NCBI GenBank assembly: GCA_016930645.1
Contig: JAFGGH010000026.1
Location: 3,642-67,641, forward strand
Length of the DNA stretch: 64,000 bases
DNA from: Sedimentisphaerales bacterium
GTDB lineage: Bacteria > Planctomycetota > Phycisphaerae > Sedimentisphaerales > Anaerobacaceae
Direction of reading: 5' to 3'
Below are positions 24,865 through 34,647 of this stretch, piece after piece. The notes beneath the pieces were generated by a model that did no database searches, had not been told where the DNA came from, and saw only the letters and a program-made list of their open reading frames with translations. The translations under genes and the position numbers were made by a program. The stretch's first letter is position 1. Each line of letters starts with the position of its first letter.

Positions 24865-27800
24865 TTATAGTGCCAACAGCGCATCGGCGACCTCTTGTGT
24901 CACCTTAAATACCGTGCCATGTCTGGTACCGCTTGGAAAGGATATATCATTTCTCCTGTCTGTCCAGCTTGACAGTTCGGTCGAAGACTGGCCGCCCATG
25001 TAACCTTCGATATAGGCGTCATAATAGAGAAGCCATTCGGCGCCGACTTTTATCATCGAGGGACCTTCTACCCAAAGCCCGCCAGGTGTAATCGAAGATG
25101 AAGGAGGCACATCATAAGGGCCTGCCGCATTGTTACTGAATGTGATACGAATATTCTTGCCGCTACTCCTTTCGTCTTTCAGTACCATGGCATAACGGTC
25201 CCCGTCTTTGGCAATGAACCAGTCTATGCTGCTCCAGCCGGGATCGTAAAACATCGCGGTACTGGTATAAGTTACAAAATCACTCGTCGAGATGTAATAC
25301 GGACGATGACCGCTGATTGGACTTCCGTTAATTGTCGATGACCAGACTATAAGATACTTGCCGGTCTCATCATCATAAAATATCTCCGGTGCCCAGCAAT
25401 TATCAACATTTGGCAGATTAGACGGCAGATAGGTCTGCGATGACCAGTTAATCAAATCCGCCGAATGCGCGATCCCTATGCCGTTATCATTCCAGCCTGT
25501 CGTCCAGACCATGTGGAACATCCCATCAGGACCCTGGCAAATACTGGGATCACGCATGAGATTGCTGCCGATTATCGGGGTGACAAACGTCGTATTATTC
25601 TTTAAGGCCGTAAAAGTCAAACCGTCATCGCTATATGCCAGATGCAAACCGTCTCCGTTACCCTGAAAGAAGCTGTACAAATACTCAGTCGTATGGGGTT
25701 GGGTAGTATGAATTGTTACCACGCCGGCGGAATAGGCCGGCATAATAAAGCGAAGAACCTGACCGTTCATGCAGACGACTTTTGACTGAACATGTACCGC
25801 ATCCGGATTAGCCAGTGTATTATGGGCGTATAAATCACCCGGCGCCACATAATCCATATACGCGGTTTCCGGAATAAAGGAATCGTCAATTTCAAGCTCA
25901 ATGGATTTATCCTCCGGATCGGGATTTACGATCTGAATGCAGAGGGTCTTTTCATCGTCAGAAAGTGTCGAAACGACATTCAAATTTGTGTCCGTGCCCG
26001 TTGTTTCAACAACATTCGGAGCGTAATGGTCATGCCAGAGTCTCATCACAACATAGTTCGGGGCCGCAAACCAGCCGGTATGGTCAAAATTGATAAACGC
26101 ATTATCCCAGGCACCTGCGGATGTATGCCGCAAAAACAGAGCCGGACCGCCAATTTTAAAGTTAGCGCCCTGTCGCTCGTAAACATTCAACAATCCGCCG
26201 GCAAACAGACCCGTCCGCCAGTCGGTACTCTGTGCGTTCCATTCAGAATTGTAAATCTTCATATCCGGATTGGCAGAGTTTGCGATGTAACCAGCCAGGC
26301 TGATAATATAATTCTCATAACTATCAGGACCGGATTTAAAGTTGCCTGGATCCTCGTAATAATGAACACTGATATAATCAATAAGAGTCGCGCAGTCATC
26401 GATAATGTCATGGTTCCAGCTCTGGTCATAACCTCCGCTGCCGACAGCACTAAGTTGGATCGGTACTCCCAGTGCGGCGGCTTTGGCCTGCATGGCCGGC
26501 GCGAACTGCTGAACCGCCGTAATATAAGCTGACGAACCGGCCGCCCAGGTTTCATTATCGAGTTCCCAGAAGGTAACATTATACGGCTGTGGATGACCGT
26601 TGGCCGCACGAACCGCACCCCATGTGGTACCCACATCGCCGTTGCAATATTCCATCCAGTCAAGTGCATACTGAACATAAGTCTCGGTGGTATCCGGCGA
26701 TAACTTCCATTGAGCCGGTGCCCCGCAGGCACTGTCCAGGACACCCGTATTAATGCAAATCAGAGGTTCTGAGCCAATTTGTTCGCACATTCGCAGGAAC
26801 TCATCGGTTCCGTACGAGCTGGTATCCTGGTCATCCCACATATACGCCGGATACTGACGACGTGTATGTTGCGGGCCAATACCGTCCTTCCAGAGATATA
26901 ATGAGGCAAAGCAACCGCCCGGCCAGCGAATGACAGGCGGGCGCAATTCGCTTACTGCTTCCAGCAGATCGGGACGATAGCCGCCGGTATTGATGGCGTC
27001 CTGTCCCATCATGCTGACCTGATCAATAAGAACGGTACCGTCACCAAGCAGAGTAATTCGCAAAGAGCCGTCATTTGTTTCCGCGTTCGGGGTAATGGAA
27101 AAAGCGTATTCACCCCAGCTCGTCGTCGGTGCTGACAGGGTATCCTGTCCGAGAACGGTTGAGCCGTCCATCAATTGTACAGAGACACCAGCCGGCAGGG
27201 TTCCTTTCATCCATAAGCTTCCACTATAGGCCTGTTGAGTAAACTTAAAGTCATCTTGCTGAAGGCCGGTAGCGCTGCCGTCGCCAATGATCTGAACACT
27301 GTAGTTATCGTTCAGAGAATCAGTACTTATTGTTGCGTCACCGCTGCCGAACAACGTCCAGAAATCAGCACCGAACGGAGCAGGTGGTAAGGTCGGTAAA
27401 CCGCTAAAGAGCGTTGTGGTACCTGCCAGGTTGGTCACCTCAATATTTCGGAATCTTGCCTGTGTGGACCATGTCCCTACACCAACGGCACCTGCTAAAT
27501 GAGGACTGCTGCTATCAGTATAATCAAAAAGAAGATCTTCATCCAGCCAGGTCTTTATATTGTTGTCTTCGCATCGAACCTTGATGTCGTACCACTGGCC
27601 CGTGGTAATGCTGCCGCTGACTTGAGAAGTAACCGTACTGCGGCTGCCGTTGACTTCTTTTTCGATTGCGTGCAGTGTATTACCCCAGCCGCCGATATTG
27701 AGCCAATAAAAATTATCACTGTCCGCGGCTCTAAACAGAATTAAAAAGGCTTCATTGCCGCTGTCTTTTTTAGCTTGGAGCGTAAACTCATAATCCGTCC

Positions 27801-29370
27801 ACGACGAATTGCCAAACTCCATGTGGACATCCGTGGCCATGCTCGACTGCACAAGGTCGCTGCCATCGATCGACCAGATACCGCCGCCGCTGCCGGACAA
27901 CTCAAAACTGCGGTTCCAGACCAGGTCACCCCAAAGTCCGCCATTGGCGGAATGATAGATATGCTCCAGAAAGTGACCGTATATTTTCTCATCAATTGTA
28001 TTTAAGACATTTGCCGTATTAATAAAAAACGGGTCATCCGATTCCTGTATCGAACGGCTGTACAGATCCGCGTCATAAGTAAATGTATTTTCCAGCCAAT
28101 CGGTGGCTATGTTATTAAAATTAAGAAGATTAAGGGGAGCTTCCGCCCAAAGCCATAAATTGCTGAATATCTCAAGGTCTTTCAGGTCTACCGTGCAATC
28201 AAGATTATAATCCGCCTCGAGATACCCCCAGAGACCGCAACTATCATCTTCGATATAGACTGCGATGTCGCAAACGGGCACACCGTTATAAGATGGATCG
28301 TTACTCTGAACCGAATGTTGAATATACTCGATATCATCCAGTGTCGCTTGTGCATCTGCAACTGCAACAACGATTGTCTGGGGCTGATCCCAATTCTGAT
28401 CGGTAAATATTACATCCCGACTCTGACCGTTACCATTACCGACAGTCAAACCCGCAGGAGGTGTAACTGTCACGGTGACATTGTCAGTCGGTTCTTCTTT
28501 CAAAACAATGTAATACTCATCCGTATAGACCGTATCGCCTCTGAATAGCACGGTCTTGCCCTCTGATTCTGTTATTAAAACAGGATTATACCCGAGAAAA
28601 TCATCCGGATCCAAAACCACATCGCTGAAACGAACATTATCAAAATAGCCCGAAATATGGTCTACGCTGCTGCCGTTGTACCAGCCGCGGCCGAAAGTCC
28701 AGTTGAAATTGTCCTCCACTATGGCATTGTCGGAAGGCGAAGACCCGGTCATCGTCAGCGTTGCGACCACTTGATAACCAGCCTCATCCAGTTTGTCACA
28801 ATACATCGTTAAATTCGTTCCGTCGCTGGTAACCGCCAAATGGTACCATTTGCCGGATGCCGGAACAAAGTTACTGTCCAGAATATATCGTGTATCGTCA
28901 ACGGCCAGAAAATTGAGTCGAAAGGCCCCGTTTATATTGTTTTTCTGCAGATAAAAGTCCGCTTCGTTGTGACCGTAGGAAGAACCGTCGCGGCCGATGA
29001 GTGTTTCCCACCCGGAAATATCATCCAGACGGGCGGAAATTTCAATCGTCCATACCTCAGGAGACCAGCTGTTAAAGGTATTGTTGGTCGTATAGCCGTC
29101 CTGACCGCCGTTACAATAGGCGCTCAGACCGCTGCAGTCGGGTGTTTCGTCCGAGAATGAAGCACCGTAAGTGGTGTCATATCCAAGCATAATATAACCG
29201 TTTTCGATATCAACGGAGCCGCCGCTCGGCATATCTGAAAACGAAGTACCGTCTGTTCCATCTTCAAAATCCCATTGAGCGATTGTTGCAGCCTGGGAAT
29301 CGGACAAATTAAACGAAGTGAAAACAAACATTACAATAAGTGCTAAAACTGATAGTAAATGTGATTTCAT
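24865..29370 (-). CDS. Secreted multidomain glycoside hydrolase: LamG-like, dockerin-like, GH51-like alpha-L-arabinofuranosidase with inserted beta-sandwich modules, and C-terminal GH43-like beta-propeller
   Basis: Signal peptide from the ATG at 29370. LamG-type WYHLAVTSDGTNLTMYCD. GH51-type IYGHFLEHI..., RWPGGCFASLYLWKDGIGP and WELDNETW. GH43-type RDPSI, WAPEI and VEGPS. Confidence 0.7.
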   Translation of the reverse strand: MKSHLLSVLALIVMFVFTSFNLSDSQAATIAQWDFEDGTDGTSFSDMPSGGSVDIENGYIMLGYDTTYGASFSDETPDCSGLSAYCNGGQDGYTTNNTFNSWSPEVWTIEISARLDDISGWETLIGRDGSSYGHNEADFYLQKNNINGAFRLNFLAVDDTRYILDSNFVPASGKWYHLAVTSDGTNLTMYCDKLDEAGYQVVATLTMTGSSPSDNAIVEDNFNWTFGRGWYNGSSVDHISGYFDNVRFSDVVLDPDDFLGYNPVLITESEGKTVLFRGDTVYTDEYYIVLKEEPTDNVTVTVTPPAGLTVGNGNGQSRDVIFTDQNWDQPQTIVVAVADAQATLDDIEYIQHSVQSNDPSYNGVPVCDIAVYIEDDSCGLWGYLEADYNLDCTVDLKDLEIFSNLWLWAEAPLNLLNFNNIATDWLENTFTYDADLYSRSIQESDDPFFINTANVLNTIDEKIYGHFLEHIYHSANGGLWGDLVWNRSFELSGSGGGIWSIDGSDLVQSSMATDVHMEFGNSSWTDYEFTLQAKKDSGNEAFLILFRAADSDNFYWLNIGGWGNTLHAIEKEVNGSRSTVTSQVSGSITTGQWYDIKVRCEDNNIKTWLDEDLLFDYTDSSSPHLAGAVGVGTWSTQARFRNIEVTNLAGTTTLFSGLPTLPPAPFGADFWTLFGSGDATISTDSLNDNYSVQIIGDGSATGLQQDDFKFTQQAYSGSLWMKGTLPAGVSVQLMDGSTVLGQDTLSAPTTSWGEYAFSITPNAETNDGSLRITLLGDGTVLIDQVSMMGQDAINTGGYRPDLLEAVSELRPPVIRWPGGCFASLYLWKDGIGPQHTRRQYPAYMWDDQDTSSYGTDEFLRMCEQIGSEPLICINTGVLDSACGAPAQWKLSPDTTETYVQYALDWMEYCNGDVGTTWGAVRAANGHPQPYNVTFWELDNETWAAGSSAYITAVQQFAPAMQAKAAALGVPIQLSAVGSGGYDQSWNHDIIDDCATLIDYISVHYYEDPGNFKSGPDSYENYIISLAGYIANSANPDMKIYNSEWNAQSTDWRTGLFAGGLLNVYERQGANFKIGGPALFLRHTSAGAWDNAFINFDHTGWFAAPNYVVMRLWHDHYAPNVVETTGTDTNLNVVSTLSDDEKTLCIQIVNPDPEDKSIELEIDDSFIPETAYMDYVAPGDLYAHNTLANPDAVHVQSKVVCMNGQVLRFIMPAYSAGVVTIHTTQPHTTEYLYSFFQGNGDGLHLAYSDDGLTFTALKNNTTFVTPIIGSNLMRDPSICQGPDGMFHMVWTTGWNDNGIGIAHSADLINWSSQTYLPSNLPNVDNCWAPEIFYDDETGKYLIVWSSTINGSPISGHRPYYISTSDFVTYTSTAMFYDPGWSSIDWFIAKDGDRYAMVLKDERSSGKNIRITFSNNAAGPYDVPPSSSITPGGLWVEGPSMIKVGAEWLLYYDAYIEGYMGGQSSTELSSWTDRRNDISFPSGTRHGTVFKVTQEVADALLAL

Positions 29371-29597
29371 AATATCCCCAAACAAATAATTATTTTAGTC
29401 AGACATTTTCCATTTAAATGGTTAAAAAATATGATTCGCTCCTTCAAAAGCATTAATAATTCTACCACAAAAGGCTGCAGAGTCAAAGAGATTTATTCCC
29501 ATTTGCTCTTATGCCCTCATAAATACACGCTTATTTAGACATCGGACACTATTAACACCTTCGTTGCAAAAATTCTTTATTTTTGGGCATTTTTTCC

Positions 29598-29626
29598 TTG
29601 ACAAGTGTTAGATAATATGTTAAAAT
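29598..29626 (+). promoter_or_regulatory. Sigma-70 promoter upstream of the HNH-AP2 gene
   Basis: TTGACA at 29598-29603, 17-nt spacer, TAAAAT at 29621-29626. Confidence 0.5.
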
Positions 29627-29754
29627 ACCACATAATTAGAATACAATACAACACTAAACGGCCTTTTTAACCCAAAAAAGGCCTTTCAAAGCTAATAAAT
29701 CCCTTCGCCGAGAGGAAATCCTCAACTCATTTACCCATTTACTCATCACCTCAC

Positions 29755-30378
29755 ATGCAAATCACCCCAGTCAAAATCACACTGCCCATACCTGCTTTCA
29801 TTGTCCGTTTAGGCCTATCTTTGCTTCTTCTATATCGCAGAATCCGCTATGGCTATCCTTTCCGCAGGATATTACTTGGAAATTCGAATGTTTACGCCAT
29901 CGTTGACCCGGACGACTACGATTATTTAATACAGTTCAAATGGCGATACAAGCCTGCCCCTTACTCTGCCTATGCCTCACGAACCGTATATTATAATAAA
30001 ACCAAGCAGAATGAGTATATGCACAGGGTCATAATGGCCTCTGCCCTGAAAGAATACGCGGAAAAATACGGTGTCCCTGCCTCTGACCTGATGGTGGACC
30101 ATAAAAACAGAAATACTATGGACAACCGGAAAGTCAATCTGAGAATCGCAACCGCCCGGCAAAATGTATGGAACAGCATTAGGGGCAAAAATGCCGGAAA
30201 ATCAAAATACAAAGGAGTCAGGTGGGTCAAAAGTTTTAATAAGTGGCAGGTCATTCTTTACATACAAGGCCGAAGAAAAAGTTTCGGTTTCTTCGAGGAC
30301 GAGGAAGCCGCCGCACGCGCCTACGACTCCGCCGCAAAAAAACACCGAGGCGATTTCGCTTATTTAAACTTCCCATAA
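29755..30378 (+). CDS. HNH endonuclease-like protein with a C-terminal AP2 DNA-binding domain
   Basis: HNH-type VDHKNRNTMDNRKVNLRIATARQN. AP2-type YKGVRWVKSFNKWQVILYIQGRRKSFGFFEDEEAAARAYDSAAKKHRGDFAYLNF. Confidence 0.75.
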   Translation: MQITPVKITLPIPAFIVRLGLSLLLLYRRIRYGYPFRRILLGNSNVYAIVDPDDYDYLIQFKWRYKPAPYSAYASRTVYYNKTKQNEYMHRVIMASALKEYAEKYGVPASDLMVDHKNRNTMDNRKVNLRIATARQNVWNSIRGKNAGKSKYKGVRWVKSFNKWQVILYIQGRRKSFGFFEDEEAAARAYDSAAKKHRGDFAYLNFP

Positions 30379-30431
30379 GTCCCTGCGTCTTGTTTAGTCT
30401 TACGAAACAGCAGGGACAAGAATCCAGTTCG

Positions 30432-30589
30432 TTTAGCCTCGCTGCTTGCGGCGAGGGATTTATATAGCACCCAGCCCCGTGCTGGGTGGAAATCTTAACG
30501 CAGACGGAAGGCGGGTATCGAGGGGGTACTCAAAATATTTAGACCCCAGTTTCAACGGGGGTTTTGTTAGCCCCCTGCACCGCAGGGGG
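30432..30589 (+). repeat. Cluster of four TAG-headed GC hairpins (BIME-like REP cluster)
   Basis: Four hairpins: tttag-CCTCGCTG-cttg-CGGCGAGG; tag-CACCCAGC-cccgt-GCTGGGTG; ttag-ACCCC-agtttcaacg-GGGGT; ttag-CCCCCTG-caccg-CAGGGGG. Confidence 0.6.
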
Positions 30590-30619
30590 TTCTCAACTTA
30601 TTTCGTATTTTTATTTAGC

Positions 30620-30643
30620 AGTGGTCGGCACGACCACTTTTTT
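30620..30643 (+). terminator. Rho-independent terminator
   Basis: AGTGGTCG-gca-CGACCACT followed by a T-run (30638-30643). It is preceded by ttag. Confidence 0.6.
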
Positions 30644-31008
30644 CTCAAATCTGAAATCTCAAATCTTATATCCTTCCTCCGTCCTCCGAATTTTTATCTG
30701 CCGCAGGCAAAGACAGGTGCAGTGTTGATTTGTCCCGCATCACCCATTTTATTTAACAGTCGCCGGCCTGTCACGGCGAATCACGATTTTTACCAGCCTA
30801 TGGCTGGTATCGGGTGAAGACGGAAACGGCCGCGTTGTTACCATTAATCCATCACTCCATTTACTGATTTCCCTTCTTTTAATAATTATCTTGAATTTGA
30901 ATTCATAAATTAGTAGCATTCGAGTCACTTGGCGGTGAGAAAGCAACACAACAATGAATAATCAGACGCCGATTTCATCGTTTCGATGAAAATTAAAATT
31001 AAATAATT

Positions 31009-32529
31009 ATGGCAGAGCGTAAAGACATCCTAAATGCTATATTAAAGGCCCTTCTGGCAGGTGTGGAAACCTCCGCTTTTGGCAAAACCTTATTCACATT
31101 CATCTCGGAATTAGCCGCGTTACCAAAAGAAAAGCGAAGAGCCTTAGACGCATCGCTACCCGATAAACAGTTCGAAGAATTATTGTCTCAATCTGAGCTA
31201 TCGACCACAAACGCCGCACTCGCTGCCGCTGGAACCGAACAGATAAAAAAACTTATATCCAACTTGATTAAATTATCGAATGAACAGATAAATGCCCTTA
31301 CAGAAATTACGCAAAATGAGTTTAACTCGATACTGAATAAATTGGATGGCATTGATAAAACTACAAAAGAAATCCGGACAGGTGTTAAAGAACTCAAAGT
31401 TATTCTTGGCCGTAACGAAGATAAAATAGCTCAGCTTGAAGAGCTACTCAAACAGCAGCAGATTTCCTCAGTTAGCAGCCCGCAGCAGAAAATTCCACAG
31501 GTCTCGCAGGAAACAAAAGACATCGCCGCCCGGATAAATGATGATGCCGGTCCTTATGCTCTGGCGTTAAAGGCTATTGCCGAAGGAAATCCCAAAAAGG
31601 CCGATAAATTGCTGGATAAGACTCAGCAATTTCTGGATGCTGTACAGGAGAAAAAAGACGATGCACAGATTAAAATATACACTGCACGCATGCAAAATGC
31701 CTCTTATGCGGGAAAATTACGAGATGCCCTGCAATACTGCGATAAAATAGTAAGTCTAACCGGCGATGATTCATCAGTCTTGAGTGAAGTTGCTGCGATT
31801 TATTACCAAAATGCCGAATATCACAAGGCTGAGCCGCTTATGACTCGTGCCTTAAAAATAGATGAGGCCGCCTTCGGAAAAGACCATCCTGATGTCGCAA
31901 CAGACCTCAACAACCTGGCGCAGTTGTATAAGTCGACCAATCGCTTAAAAGAGGCTGAGCCGCTTATGACTCGTGCCTTAAAAATAGATGAGGCCGCCTT
32001 CGGAAAAGACCATCCTGATGTCGCCATAGACCTCAACAACCTGGCGCTGTTGTATAAGGATACCAATCGCTTAAAAGAGGCTGAGCCCCTTATGACTCGT
32101 GCCTTAAAAATAGATGAGGCCGCCTTCGGAAAGGTTCATCCCAATGTCGCCATCCGCCTCAACAACCTGGCGCAGTTGTATAAGGCGACCAATCGCTTAA
32201 AAGAGGCTGAGCCCCTTGTGACTCGTGCCTTGAAAATAGATGAGGCCGCCTTCGGAAAAGACCATCCCGATGTCGCCACAGACCTCAACAACCTGGCGCA
32301 GTTGTATCAGGCGACCAATCGCTTAAAAGAGGCTGAGCCGATTGCCAGGCGGACCGTAGAAATTTTACTACAGTTTACCCGTCGAACCGGCCATCAGCAC
32401 CCCCATCTTATGACTGTTATTGAAAACTATGCCGGCCTTCTAATACAAATGGGCCTCAGCAAAGAGCAGGTCAACGCAAAGCTGAAATCCCTCGCCCCCG
32501 ATTTACCAAAATTATTTGAGTATGAATAA
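31009..32529 (+). CDS. Tetratricopeptide-repeat protein (kinesin-light-chain-type TPR_10/12 repeats) with a coiled-coil N-terminal region
   Basis: At least five 42-aa repeats AEPLMTRALKIDEAAFGKDHPDVATDLNNLAQLYKxTNRLKE. Confidence 0.8.
   Translation: MAERKDILNAILKALLAGVETSAFGKTLFTFISELAALPKEKRRALDASLPDKQFEELLSQSELSTTNAALAAAGTEQIKKLISNLIKLSNEQINALTEITQNEFNSILNKLDGIDKTTKEIRTGVKELKVILGRNEDKIAQLEELLKQQQISSVSSPQQKIPQVSQETKDIAARINDDAGPYALALKAIAEGNPKKADKLLDKTQQFLDAVQEKKDDAQIKIYTARMQNASYAGKLRDALQYCDKIVSLTGDDSSVLSEVAAIYYQNAEYHKAEPLMTRALKIDEAAFGKDHPDVATDLNNLAQLYKSTNRLKEAEPLMTRALKIDEAAFGKDHPDVAIDLNNLALLYKDTNRLKEAEPLMTRALKIDEAAFGKVHPNVAIRLNNLAQLYKATNRLKEAEPLVTRALKIDEAAFGKDHPDVATDLNNLAQLYQATNRLKEAEPIARRTVEILLQFTRRTGHQHPHLMTVIENYAGLLIQMGLSKEQVNAKLKSLAPDLPKLFEYE
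31828..32331 (+). repeat. Four tandem 126-bp coding repeats within the TPR gene
   Basis: Units start at 31828, 31954, 32080 and 32206. They are roughly 90-95 percent identical by eye. Confidence 0.85.
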
Positions 32530-33078
32530 TCTCCCTCATAACACGCATAGTATATGTCCGTTGATTGACGTTCGTCAATTAACCCTAATATCATAATCAT
32601 TTAATCAGCGTACTTGTCCGCCGTAGTTTCAATGTTTACCTGCTATAGGCTGGAAGACGGATTTGTGGCTATAAATAGACAGCGTTCTCTGCGTAATCAG
32701 CGTCTAAGAAAGTAAAATCACTGTTAATTTGGGCTATTTCTGCGGTTTTTTTCAAAAATTTTTCATTTTTTTTCAATTTTTCTGTTTTTCTTTTGCTGCG
32801 GGTTTAGTAAACTGCCTTGTTCTTATAACTTGATTTTGTACGAAAAAACGGTCCCTGCGCCCCAACTGCAGATAAAAATTTCGATGGGCGAAAGGTGTAG
32901 GGAAGTTGTTTATCTTTTTTAGGCCTAAGGCCAAAAAAGATGGGTATTAGTCGTTAGTCCTTAATGAATAGTGGCCCTGATGCTCATTCTTCGTTTCACG
33001 AGATACAAGCGACGAGCCACGCCCGTCTCGGCGTAGTCCTGATGTATTGGGACGAAGACGGAAGCGACGAATAAAATC

Positions 33079-33150
33079 GCTGCTGTAGCTCAGTGGTAGA
33101 GCACGTCCTTGGTAAGGACGGGGTCGTGGGTTCAAGTCCCACCAGCAGCT
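33079..33150 (+). tRNA. tRNA-Thr (anticodon GGT)
   Basis: Cloverleaf readable by hand: acceptor GCTGCTG/CAGCAGC, anticodon arm CGTCC-ttGGTaa-GGACG, T-arm GTGGG-ttcaagt-CCCAC. Length is 72 nt. Confidence 0.9.
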
Positions 33151-33273
33151 AAATGCGAGCAGGCATAATCGGTATTCGATGTGCAGGTGTTAAGCGTTCA
33201 AATTATAGAATATAAAAAACGGATTTGAGAAAGTTAAACAATACTAACCAGCAGATTGGAGGTTTGATAAGAA

Positions 33274-34500
33274 ATGGCTAAGGAAGTATTCGCAAGGACA
33301 AAACCACACATAAACGTTGGTACGATTGGTCACGTGGACCACGGCAAGACCACACTGACCGCGGCGATGACCAAGGTAATGGAGCTGAAGGGTTTGTCGA
33401 AGTTCAAATCGTATGATGACATAGCCAAGGCATCCGAGGCGCAGGGCCGTCGAGACGACACAAAGATTCTTACGATATCCACCGCACACGTGGAGTACGA
33501 GACGGAGAACAGGCATTATGCACACGTTGACTGTCCGGGCCATGCCGACTATGTCAAGAATATGATTACCGGTGCCGCCCAGATGGATGGTGCGATTCTC
33601 GTTGTCAGTGCCGCCGACGGACCGATGCCTCAGACGCGGGAGCATATTCTTCTGGCAAGGCAGGTTAACGTCCCGAAAATTGTGGTCTTCTTAAATAAAG
33701 TTGACCTGGTGGATGACCCTGAGCTGCTGGATTTGGTTGACCTTGAAATAAGAGACCTTCTGAACAAGTATGAGTTTCCCGGCGATGATACCCCAATTAT
33801 TCGTGGCTCTGCGAGCATTGCGATGAGAGCCACGTCAATGGACGACCCGTCTTGCCCACCGATTGTGGAACTGCTCAAGGTCATGGACGAGTACATCCCA
33901 ATGCCCGTCCGCGAGACAGATAAGCCTTTCCTTATGCCTGTTGAGGACGTTTTCAGCATTAAAGGAAGAGGAACGGTTGGGACTGGGCGTATTGACCGTG
34001 GGGTAATAAAGGTCGGAGAAGAGGTTGAAATCATCGGCCTGTCAAAAGATATCAGAAAGACGGTTGTAACGGGAGTCGAGATGTTCAACAAGACTCTTAA
34101 TGAAGGTCAGGCAGGTGATAATGTCGGGCTTCTTCTCCGCGGTGTCGAGAAAAAAGACCTTGTCCGCGGGCAGGTGGTTGCCAAGCCTGGTTCGATAACA
34201 CCGCATACCAAGTTCGACTCCGAAGTTTACGTTCTGACTAAAGAAGAGGGCGGCCGTCATACGCCGTTCTTCGCCGGTTATAAGCCACAGTTCTATTTCC
34301 GCACGACCGATGTAACCGGAGGTATTCTCGGGTTGCAGAGCCGTGAAGGTAAACCGGCAGAGATGTGCATGCCGGGCGATAACATAGCAATGCAGGTTGA
34401 GATTATATCACCGATAGCTATGGAAGAAGGACTTCGATTCGCGATTCGCGAAGGCGGCAGAACGGTAGGCGCCGGGGTAGTAACAAAGATTATCGAGTAA
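33274..34500 (+). CDS. tuf: Elongation factor Tu
   Basis: [18 protein letters not shown] and NKVD motifs. Length is 408 aa. Confidence 0.97.
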   Translation: MAKEVFARTKPHINVGTIGHVDHGKTTLTAAMTKVMELKGLSKFKSYDDIAKASEAQGRRDDTKILTISTAHVEYETENRHYAHVDCPGHADYVKNMITGAAQMDGAILVVSAADGPMPQTREHILLARQVNVPKIVVFLNKVDLVDDPELLDLVDLEIRDLLNKYEFPGDDTPIIRGSASIAMRATSMDDPSCPPIVELLKVMDEYIPMPVRETDKPFLMPVEDVFSIKGRGTVGTGRIDRGVIKVGEEVEIIGLSKDIRKTVVTGVEMFNKTLNEGQAGDNVGLLLRGVEKKDLVRGQVVAKPGSITPHTKFDSEVYVLTKEEGGRHTPFFAGYKPQFYFRTTDVTGGILGLQSREGKPAEMCMPGDNIAMQVEIISPIAMEEGLRFAIREGGRTVGAGVVTKIIE

Positions 34501-34647
34501 CCCAGGCAGAGACAAAACAATTGAATTTGTGGATATCGATTCCTGAAAAAGCCACGTTAAACGTGGGTCTAAATATCCAAATGCAAAATAATTTTGTCCG
34601 TTTAAACGTTATTTAGCGACTTCGGCAGAAGGCCGGGACTTTGATAT

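Noticed and set aside
32912-32942. ATCTTTTTTAGGCC-taa-GGCCAAAAAAGAT palindrome as a tRNA or terminator.
   Set aside because: The GC core is only 4 bp and there is no cloverleaf. At most it is a weak bidirectional hairpin upstream of tRNA-Thr.
33244-33645. 133-aa ORF on the minus strand overlapping the tuf start.
   Set aside because: It is antisense to tuf and is a shadow ORF.
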